A stretch of 64,000 nt of DNA, from the NCBI GenBank assembly GCA_905206455.1, contig CAJLHL010000001.1, positions 4,191-68,190 of the forward strand, in the 5' to 3' direction. Positions 39,663-47,715 of the stretch are shown here, in pieces. The stretch is from an uncultured Eubacteriales bacterium. GTDB taxonomy: Bacteria; Bacillota; Clostridia; Peptostreptococcales; Anaerovoracaceae. How positions within the stretch are numbered: position 1 is the first letter of the stretch; the number at the start of each line of letters is the position of its first letter. A model generated the notes under the pieces. The model saw only the letters and a list, made by a program, of their open reading frames with translations. It made no database searches and was not told the origin of the DNA. Position numbers and translations under genes: made by a program.

Positions 39663-39860
39663 GAGGCAGTGGAGCTCTGGTGCGAAGAGTAAGCTCTCAT
39701 AGAGCTTCACCATCTTTCGCACCTAAAATGATGTTAGAAATATGAAGAAAATGAGTGCAACAAAACGGACTTTGTGCTCAGTAAACAAACTTATATCAGA
39801 AAGATATATGCTTTGGGCAAAAATGTAAAGTTAAAAAAAGATAAATTTGTCATTTTTGCT
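39663..39860 (+). promoter_or_regulatory. CRISPR leader (AT-rich, between cas2 and the first repeat)
   Basis: The assignment rests on position, on AT-richness next to repeat 1 (...ataaatttgtcatttttgct), and on the degenerate repeat lying at the far end of the array. Confidence 0.6.
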
Positions 39861-40299
39861 GTCGCCCTCCGTGAGGAGGGCGTGGATTGAAATGGAACCA
39901 TACTGTGCTTTCGCCCGATCCAAAGCTGTCGCCCTCCGTGAGGAGGGCGTGGATTGAAATAAATGCGAATCTTTCAGATTTGAAAATCGGAAGCGTCGCC
40001 CTCCGTGAGGAGGGCGTGGATTGAAATTTACGGATGGAAGTATCAAGGAGGTAATCGGAGAAGTCGCCCTCCGTGAGGAGGGCGTGGATTGAAATAGGGG
40101 GAAGTTGGGCCTGTCGGCCCACAGGGTCCACGTCGCCCTCCGTGAGGAGGGCGTGGATTGAAATCGGATTGATTAGATTATACAGTTTGTCCTGATTAGT
40201 CGCCCTCCGTGAGGAGGGCGTGGATTGAAATGCGCCGGGGTTGTCGTTGCCGTAACCTTCCAAAAGGTCGCCCTCCGCGAGGAGGGCGTAGATTGAAAT
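39861..40299 (+). CRISPR. type I-C CRISPR array: 7 repeats of 33 bp (GTCGCCCTCCGTGAGGAGGGCGTGGATTGAAAT) and 6 spacers of 34-36 bp
   Basis: Repeats start at 39861, 39928, 39995, 40063, 40132, 40199 and 40267. The last repeat has two substitutions (terminal degenerate repeat). The repeat has a 7-bp palindrome and the ATTGAAAT 3' handle typical of I-C. Confidence 0.97.
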
Positions 40300-41057
40300 A
40301 ATCTGACAAAACGGCAGCTTATTTGTTTTGACACAACTTATGGCGAAAAATATTGAATAGACAAGATAAAATTGAGAACATATAGACACTTTTATAGGAA
40401 TGGTAATTAAATAGTGGAGTTGGATTTGACGGTAAGGTTTCGACTAATTTTATTAGGCATTGAAATAATCATGTTATCGGTTGAAAATGCAGCAATTATG
40501 GAGATTGAATAATTATTTTCTGAATTAGTACATAATCTTAATTAATTTAAAAAACTTGATGTTTTCTCTGTATAGGGTTATAATAAAAAACATATATAAT
40601 TGATTTTATTTAATAAACTCATTACTGACTTGAGAATCGTATGATTTGTATAGCATTTGGGCGTTTATGTTGATCCGATGTTTTCAGTTTTATTTGAAAT
40701 AGTGTAGAATCTAATGATAGTTTCAGAGATCGTTTCCGTGCAAAGAGTACGGATCTTTAGAACGGTATCTAAAAGTATGTATCCTGACCTGTTCCGCCCG
40801 TTAATTTTACAGTGAGAATTCCAAATTATTTATCTGCGGCATATAAACTAAGAAAAAAATCATAAAATCTCCTTCATCTCCTCAAATTTCTTTTATCCTC
40901 CACTCATCTTTATCGTCTAAATTAGACAGTAGTTCGGGAGGGGGTCCGGGGTGAAATTGTAACATCGTGTCAGAATATCACGAACGATTTCACCTTGCGG
41001 AATTCCGGACGATGTAGAAAGATAGAATGGGTAGTGGAGAAAGGATTTGATTTTAAT

Positions 41058-41699
41058 ATGACATATGAAGAATTTTACGGGGCTGATTACCGAAGGCTGA
41101 AGGCTGCGGAGGCCCATCTGACACAGAGTATTTTAAAATATCAGTGTTTTTTAGAGGAGCAGAATGACTATCCTGTGATCGAGTTCTGCAGATCCAGAAT
41201 TAAATCGCCGGAGAGCATGGCGGCGAAATTGAGGAAACGGGGATTTCCGGTGACTCCGGAAGCGGCGCTGACAAAAGTCAACGACGCGCTGGGAGTACAG
41301 ATTGTGTGCGCTTTTTTCGATGATATCTATCGAACAGCGTCCTGGCTGAGGCATCATCCGGATTTTCACGTGCTGCAGATAAAAGACTATATCGCACATC
41401 CGAAGAGTAGCGGCTACCGCAGCTATCATGTGATTTTGGAAATTCTCAGCGGAGAAGGAAAGGGAATGAAAGCAGAAGTGCAGATCCGGACAGTAGCTTT
41501 GGATTTCTGGGCGGATCTGGAACATCAGCTGCAGTATAAAAGGCAGAACGGCGCCGGTAAACCGCCGGCAGCGGCTTTGAAACAGTGCGCGGAAGATCTG
41601 ATTTCAGCAGATCTGTCGGTACAGTCGATACGAAACCGGATTATCAGAGATTTTAAAACCGGACCGCGGGGGCGCGCTGTGTATCCGTCAATGCGATAA
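41058..41699 (+). CDS. small alarmone synthetase (RelA_SpoT nucleotidyltransferase domain only; RelQ/RelP-like GTP pyrophosphokinase)
   Basis: Carries SRIKSPESMAAKLRKRG, DALGVQIVC, YIAHPKSSGYRSYH and EVQIRTVALDFWADLEHQLQYK. A GGAGAAAGGA RBS precedes the ATG at 41058. Confidence 0.85.
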   Translation: MTYEEFYGADYRRLKAAEAHLTQSILKYQCFLEEQNDYPVIEFCRSRIKSPESMAAKLRKRGFPVTPEAALTKVNDALGVQIVCAFFDDIYRTASWLRHHPDFHVLQIKDYIAHPKSSGYRSYHVILEILSGEGKGMKAEVQIRTVALDFWADLEHQLQYKRQNGAGKPPAAALKQCAEDLISADLSVQSIRNRIIRDFKTGPRGRAVYPSMR

Positions 41700-41712
41700 A
41701 AAATTTTTAGAA

Positions 41713-41750
41713 AGGCAGATTTCTCCGGAGACGGTGAGTCTGCCTTTTTC
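41713..41750 (+). terminator. rho-independent terminator
   Basis: aggcaga...tctgcct, with an inner palindrome tctccggaga, followed by T5. Confidence 0.7.
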
Positions 41751-41836
41751 GGCGTTTTTCTTCTTAACGGTTTGCGTATATTGTTGCAAATGCACTTTAC
41801 AGATGAGAGCGGATCATATATTATATTTTAAGAAAA

Positions 41837-41876
41837 ACACTATATATAGTTGGTGCATGGAATATATATAACAATA
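41837..41876 (+). promoter_or_regulatory. candidate tandem NrdR boxes upstream of nrdD
   Basis: ACACTATATATAGTTG (41837-41852) fits the NrdR-box consensus acaCwAtATaTwgtgt. A weaker AT-rich second box, AATATATATAACAATA, lies at 41861-41876. Confidence 0.5.
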
Positions 41877-42011
41877 TACCGAGGTGCCGCCCTTTTACAG
41901 GGATGCGGCGCTGCGGAAAATTCTAAACGAATATCGCAGCGGCTTTTTCCCGGGGAGCAGAGGGCGATATTGTTACAGGGTAAGAAAGTTTAAGAAGGGA
42001 AGCGGAAAAAG

Positions 42012-44351
42012 ATGGGTCAGATCAGACAGATAATTAAGAGAGACGGACGTCATGTCCCGTTTGATCAAACGAAGATTACGAATGCGATTTACGCGGCGGC
42101 TACCGTACTTGGAGGTCAGGACAGAAGCACGGCGGAGCAGCTTTCAGCGGATATCGTGGCTTATCTGACAGATGAGCAGCAGATTGCGGAACCTACCGTG
42201 GAACAAGTGCAGGATGCGGTGGAAAAGATTCTCATCGAAAAAGGTCACGCCCGTACGGCGAAAGAATATATTCTCTACCGCGCGGAGCGGACCCGCATCC
42301 GAAATATGAATACGAAACTGATGAAAATTTACGAGGATCTCACTTTCCGCGATGCGGCAGAGAACGATATCAAGCGCGAAAATGCCAATATCGACGGGGA
42401 TACGGCCATGGGGACTATGCTGAAGTACGGATCGGAAGGGGCGAAGCAGTTCTATGAGATGTACGTTCTCGATCCGAAGCATGCGGAGGCGCATATCACT
42501 GGAGACATTCACATCCACGATCTGGATTTTCTCACGCTGACGACGACCTGCTGCCAGATCGACCTGAAAAAACTGTTTGAGGGCGGATTTTCCACCGGGC
42601 ACGGGTTCATCAGGGAACCGAAGCATATTCAGACCTATTCGGCGCTGGCCTGCATTGCCATTCAGAGTAATCAGAACGATCAGCACGGCGGGCAGAGTAT
42701 TCCCGATTTCGATTACGCTATGGCGCCGGGAGTGCGCAAGACGTACCGCAGTCTCTATATTCAGAATCTGGGAAAGATGATCAATCTCTTAAAGGACATC
42801 GAAGACGGAGAAGAGATCGCCGGCTCTGTTTTGAAACAGATCGAAAAGGAGAAGGGGGCAGTTCCTTCCATGGCCGACGAATCGGATTACATCGCTGTGG
42901 AAAGGGAATATCTCAAGGAATATCTGAAAGAGGACGAGATCGAAAAAGTCCAGCGCTATGCGAAAAAATATGCGGATAAGGAGATCGAGAGATCGACGTA
43001 TCAGGCGATGGAGGCGTTGGTTCATAACCTGAATACCATGCATTCAAGAGCGGGAGCGCAGATTCCTTTTTCTTCTATTAATTACGGTACAGATACTTCT
43101 CCGGAAGGCCGTCTTGTGATGGAATGTGTGCTGAAGGCTACGGAGGCCGGGCTGGGCGGTGGAGAGACACCGATCTTCCCGATTCATATTTTTAAAGTAA
43201 AAGAGGGAGTCAATTACAATCCGGAAGATCCGAATTACGATCTGTTCCGTCTCGCCTGCAGGGTTTCGGCGAAGCGTCTTTTCCCGAATTTTTCCTTTAT
43301 AGACGCTCCGTTTAATCTGCAGTATTACGATCCGAAAGACCATAATACAGAAGTGGCGTACATGGGCTGCAGAACCCGGGTCGTGGCCAATAATTACGAT
43401 CCAGGACGTCAGACGACGTCGGGAAGAGGAAATCTCAGTTTCACTTCTGTAAATCTGCCGAGAATCGCTATCAAAGCCAAGGGAGATCTGGATATTTTCT
43501 TTGAGGATCTTGACCGTAAAATCTCTCTCGTCGTCGATCAGCTGTTAGATCGATTTAAGATTCAGGCGGCCAAAAAGGTAAAGAATTATCCGTTTCTGAT
43601 GGGTCAGGGGATCTGGCTGGATTCTGAGAAACTGGGGCCGAACGACGAGGTGGGGGAAGTGCTGAAACACGGTACGCTGACGATCGGCTTTATCGGTCTG
43701 GCCGAATGTCTGAAAGCTCTGATCGGAACGCATCACGGGGAATCCGAGGAAGCACAGAATCTGGGACTGGATATCATCGGATATATGAGAAAGCGGGTAG
43801 ACGACGCCTGTAAGAAAACAGGACTGAATTTCTCTCTGATCGCTACGCCTGCCGAGGGGCTTTCCGGTCGTTTTGTAAAAATCGACCGGGAAAAATACGG
43901 TGAAATACCGGGAGTTACAGATCGGGAATATTATACCAATTCTTTTCATATTCCTGTGTATTATAACATCAGCGCATTCGATAAAATCAAGCTGGAAGCG
44001 CCGTATCACGCGCTGACCAACGGCGGCCATATTTCATACATCGAACTGGACGGAGATCCGCTGAAAAATCTGGATGCATTCGAAGCTGTGGTGCGGTGTA
44101 TGAAGGAAAGCGGCATCGGTTACGGTTCCATCAATCATCCGGTGGACCGCGATCCTGTCTGCGGTTTTACAGGAATCATCGACAACGAGTGCCCGCACTG
44201 CCATCGGACCGAAGAAGACGGTCAGGGCGATTTCGAGAGAATCCGCCGCATCACCGGGTATCTGGTGGGTACGGTAGACCGCTTCAATAACGCGAAGCGT
44301 GCAGAAGTGGAAGATCGTGTGAAACACTCTGTCATGCGTTCTCAGAATTAG
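42012..44351 (+). CDS. nrdD: anaerobic ribonucleoside-triphosphate reductase (class III) with an N-terminal ATP-cone
   Basis: Has the ATP-cone (IIKRDGRHVPFDQTKITNAI), a C-terminal Zn-ribbon (CGFTG...CPHCH) and the glycyl-radical motif RRITGYLVG. Confidence 0.95.
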   Translation: MGQIRQIIKRDGRHVPFDQTKITNAIYAAATVLGGQDRSTAEQLSADIVAYLTDEQQIAEPTVEQVQDAVEKILIEKGHARTAKEYILYRAERTRIRNMNTKLMKIYEDLTFRDAAENDIKRENANIDGDTAMGTMLKYGSEGAKQFYEMYVLDPKHAEAHITGDIHIHDLDFLTLTTTCCQIDLKKLFEGGFSTGHGFIREPKHIQTYSALACIAIQSNQNDQHGGQSIPDFDYAMAPGVRKTYRSLYIQNLGKMINLLKDIEDGEEIAGSVLKQIEKEKGAVPSMADESDYIAVEREYLKEYLKEDEIEKVQRYAKKYADKEIERSTYQAMEALVHNLNTMHSRAGAQIPFSSINYGTDTSPEGRLVMECVLKATEAGLGGGETPIFPIHIFKVKEGVNYNPEDPNYDLFRLACRVSAKRLFPNFSFIDAPFNLQYYDPKDHNTEVAYMGCRTRVVANNYDPGRQTTSGRGNLSFTSVNLPRIAIKAKGDLDIFFEDLDRKISLVVDQLLDRFKIQAAKKVKNYPFLMGQGIWLDSEKLGPNDEVGEVLKHGTLTIGFIGLAECLKALIGTHHGESEEAQNLGLDIIGYMRKRVDDACKKTGLNFSLIATPAEGLSGRFVKIDREKYGEIPGVTDREYYTNSFHIPVYYNISAFDKIKLEAPYHALTNGGHISYIELDGDPLKNLDAFEAVVRCMKESGIGYGSINHPVDRDPVCGFTGIIDNECPHCHRTEEDGQGDFERIRRITGYLVGTVDRFNNAKRAEVEDRVKHSVMRSQN

Positions 44352-44784
44352 ATTTATGTGACTGGGCTGACGCTGTCGGGAGAGGATGTCAGCAAACTGA
44401 CGGAAAATGATACGTCGGCAGCGGAGAAACAGAAAGAGAAAATAGGATTCAGCGTCGGGATTCTCCTGCGCTGTAGCGAACCCTCCGCGGTTTCTGAAAG
44501 AGCAGATAGATCTCCATTGCCCCGATTGGAGACGCGGAGGAAGAAGACGGGCGTCGCTTATTTGAAAAGCGCCGCCCGTCTTTGCGTGTGTGGACATATC
44601 TGTATTCTGCGGCGAAAGAACCGGAGGGATGCGGAAAAGTGACAGGGGATTGCCTTATTGCCGGAAGAAAAAACGAAGACGAAGCTGCATCCGGATATGA
44701 TAAGATAAAAGAAAAACGGCGGGAACAGTCACGGAAAAGCCGGTGTTTTTTCCATAAAAAAAGGTGGCAGAAAGGCGGAAGAAA

Positions 44785-45747
44785 ATGAAGGTCAGAAAAA
44801 TTTACGCGGTGTATTTTAGTGCGACGGGAACGACGGAGAAAACGGTGTGTCGCGCGTCGCAGGCGGCGGTTCGGACCGTTTTTTCGCCGTCTGGGGATTT
44901 TGACAGGAACGAAGCATACAAAAAAGCCGCCGACACGGAAAGACCGTGCCCGTGTTCACAGAAGACAACCGGCGGAGTTCAGAATGGGAAAAATAGTTTC
45001 GAAAACTCGCCTGCAGCGCCGGTAAAAATCTGTTTTAACTCTCCGGATTTTCGGCGGAGAAATCTGTCTTTCAAACGGGGAGATCTCGTTTTTTTCGGCG
45101 TTCCTGTCTATGCGGGCAGGGTGCCCAACCTTCTGTTGCCGTATCTCAGAGAATTCATCAGCGGAGGCGGAGCCGCCGCTGTACCCATCGTATCGTACGG
45201 GAATCGAAATTTTGACGATGCACTGAAAGAACTGGCGCAGCTTTTAGAGAGAGCCGGCTTTTTTACAGCGGCGGGAGGCGCTTTTGTCGGAGAACATGCC
45301 TTTTCGGAAATTCTGGGAGCGGGCCGGCCGGATGCGGAGGATCTGGATCTGGCCGACCGGCTGGGGATTGCCGCTGTGAAAAAGGTCTCATCGGAAAACT
45401 GGCCGCGGCAGCCTCATGTCCCTGTGAAAGTACCGGGAGAGGAACCTCTCCGTCCGTATTATGTGCCGAGAGACCGGAGGGGAAATCATATAAATATCCT
45501 GAAAGTAAAGCCGAAGACGGATCGGAACCGGTGTACCGGCTGCGGACTGTGCGCGTCGCTCTGTCCGCTGAGTTCCATCGATTCGGGGGAACCTTCTCTT
45601 ATAACAGGGATCTGCATGAAATGCGGCGCCTGTATTAAAAAGTGCCCGAAACGGGCGAAATTTATCGACGATCCCGGATACCTCTATCATAGAACAGAGT
45701 TGGAAGAAGTCTATGCGAGAAGAAGCGGCAGCCGGATTTATATTTAA
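44785..45747 (+). CDS. flavodoxin-like / 2x[4Fe-4S] ferredoxin fusion protein (EFR1-like)
   Basis: Has the N-terminus KIYAVYFSATGTTEKT and PVYAGRVPN, and C-terminal CTGCGLCASLCP and CMKCGACIKKCP clusters. The ATG at 44785 is preferred. Confidence 0.75.
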   Translation: MKVRKIYAVYFSATGTTEKTVCRASQAAVRTVFSPSGDFDRNEAYKKAADTERPCPCSQKTTGGVQNGKNSFENSPAAPVKICFNSPDFRRRNLSFKRGDLVFFGVPVYAGRVPNLLLPYLREFISGGGAAAVPIVSYGNRNFDDALKELAQLLERAGFFTAAGGAFVGEHAFSEILGAGRPDAEDLDLADRLGIAAVKKVSSENWPRQPHVPVKVPGEEPLRPYYVPRDRRGNHINILKVKPKTDRNRCTGCGLCASLCPLSSIDSGEPSLITGICMKCGACIKKCPKRAKFIDDPGYLYHRTELEEVYARRSGSRIYI

Positions 45748-45797
45748 ATCTTCGGCAGCTTCCAACCGGGAAGAGTCTCCGACAGCGTTGCTCTGTT

Positions 45798-47141
45798 TTA
45801 TGGTGCAGAAGCGTTTTTTTTCTTCCGGAAGCGCAGATAATAGAGAAGCCCTGCCAGATCTGCGAGAAACCAGCCGATAGGGACAGAAGCCCAGATGCCT
45901 GTGACACCGACAGACGGCACCGCTGACAGAGTGTAGGCGAGAACGACTCTCGTGCCCAGTGAGATGACAGTCAGGATCAGCGACATGGAGGGCTTTTCCA
46001 CAGCGCGGTAAAAACCGTACCACAGGAAAAGAATTCCGATGAGCAGATAGAATGCCCCTTCGATGCGAAGATAAGAGACGCCGGCGGCGATAATTTCAGT
46101 CTCTGTCTGCTGAACAAAGAGTCCCATCAGAGGTGCGGCAAAGAGGAATACCAGGGCGCTGACCAGCAGGCTGAAGAGCGCGGTGACCGTAACCGCGCTG
46201 CGGATACCTTTTCTGATCCGGTCCTCTTTTTTCGCTCCGTAATTCTGAGCGGCAAATGTGGAGAAGGCGTTGCCGAAATCCTGCACCGGCATATAGGCGA
46301 AGGAATCGATTTTTACCGCGGCGGCGAAAGCCGCCATGACGACGGGACCGAAACTGTTGACGATTCCCTGAACCATCAGAATGCCGAGGTTCATCACAGA
46401 CTGCTGCAGGCAGGTGAGTACGGAGAAACCGGAGATCTCAGCGGCTACGGACCGCTGCCATCTCATCTGTTTTCGGGAAGGCATGAGCTCCGGAAAACGT
46501 TTCAGAGCGTAGACTGCGATACCAGCAGCCGAGACGATCTGTGCCAGTACAGTAGCTGCCGCCGCTCCTCTGACGCCGAAAGGCAGAAAGACGACAAAGA
46601 GGATATCCAGCACCACGTTCAGAATCGATGAGACCGCCAGAAAGATCAGCGGCGATGCGGAATTGCCGATGGAACGCAGCAGCGCTGTGAAAAAATTGTA
46701 TACGAAAACGGCAGGGATTCCCAGAAAAATGATTTTCAGATACTGACGCATGGGCGGCAATACCTCCGGAGGGACGTTCAGCAGATTCATGATGCAGTCG
46801 GTGCCCAGAAAGGCGAGAATTGTCAGCAGAAGCGTCAGCGCGGAAATCAGTGTAAAAGAGTGAAAGATACCTGACTTGAGTTTGTCACTGTCCTTCGCGC
46901 CGAAACTGATGGAAAAACTGACGCCGCTGCCCATACACAGGCCGATGAGCACAGAGGTGAGAAAGACCATCAGCGTGTAGGCGGAACCTACTGCCGCCAG
47001 CGCGTCGCGTCCCAGTACCCGTCCGACGATCAGCGTGTCTGCTATATTATAAAATTGCTGCAGCAGATTGCCCGCCGTCATCGGCAGAGCGAAAAGCAGC
47101 AGCGAAGATGTGATTTTTCCCTGTGTGAGATCTCGTTTCAT
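45798..47141 (-). CDS. MATE family efflux transporter
   Basis: Twelve TM helices with the N-terminus DLTQGKITSSLLLFALPMTAGNLLQQFYNIADTLIVGR. Confidence 0.9.
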   Translation of the reverse strand: MKRDLTQGKITSSLLLFALPMTAGNLLQQFYNIADTLIVGRVLGRDALAAVGSAYTLMVFLTSVLIGLCMGSGVSFSISFGAKDSDKLKSGIFHSFTLISALTLLLTILAFLGTDCIMNLLNVPPEVLPPMRQYLKIIFLGIPAVFVYNFFTALLRSIGNSASPLIFLAVSSILNVVLDILFVVFLPFGVRGAAAATVLAQIVSAAGIAVYALKRFPELMPSRKQMRWQRSVAAEISGFSVLTCLQQSVMNLGILMVQGIVNSFGPVVMAAFAAAVKIDSFAYMPVQDFGNAFSTFAAQNYGAKKEDRIRKGIRSAVTVTALFSLLVSALVFLFAAPLMGLFVQQTETEIIAAGVSYLRIEGAFYLLIGILFLWYGFYRAVEKPSMSLILTVISLGTRVVLAYTLSAVPSVGVTGIWASVPIGWFLADLAGLLYYLRFRKKKNASAP

Positions 47142-47715
47142 ACCTTATATACCCCAGATTTCCGGATGGATGATTTTTCTGTCTGCAATAAATCATAGCA
47201 ATGCGGTTTTCTAAGATCTTATCATATCTCATCTGTCGAGAATTCGCAATGTGTCGCGGGATTTGCGTTTTATTGTCTCTTATTCTCAGGGAAAATTCTG
47301 TTAAATTTATAGAAATGATGCAAATGCAACAGAATTTTAGACGAAAAGATATATAATGATATTGAAAGAAACTATGTTAGACAATATTTTAATGAGGAAC
47401 AGGATACCGCTGTATCCGCCGGGGCGGAAAGCGGCGGAGGTATCGTCGTGATACCCGTTGTCCGGAATTTCGGCGGCAGGCCGCAGTCTGGTGTGTTATC
47501 CGGAAATGGGACTTTCCGCGGGAAGGGGCAGGCAGTCCCGGATTTTAACAGTATAGATTTTGTGAAACCGCAGATCTGCGGATTTTGCGGTATTTCACGG
47601 GAAGATAAGCGGGCCGGGGCTTCAGGAGCTTTTTCGGCCGGAGGGATTTTGCGGAAGCCGTCCGGCAGAGGCACAGGAGCGGTAAAACGGCCGGAGAAGA
47701 AAGGAGTATAGTCTT

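Noticed and set aside
39831-40389. Two minus-strand ORFs (71 aa and 179 aa) containing repeated peptide segments such as ISIHALLTEGD.
   Set aside because: They run through the CRISPR array, and the repeated peptides are simply translated CRISPR repeats.
44358-44788. ORFs of 94 aa and 68 aa downstream of nrdD, where an nrdG gene would normally be expected.
   Set aside because: The translations show no radical-SAM CxxxCxxC motif or any other motif, and they are Arg/Lys-rich. A genuine nrdG exists at 50759-51283. A hairpin (agacgggcg...cgcccgtct, about 44539-44580) suggests this is the 3' UTR and terminator region.
47448-47711. An 87-aa ORF in the leader of the flavodiiron gene, and a 100-aa ORF on the opposite strand.
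   Set aside because: The composition is Gly/Arg/Pro-rich and low-complexity. There is no RBS and the ORFs overlap palindromic RNA-like structure. I treated the stretch as non-coding leader.
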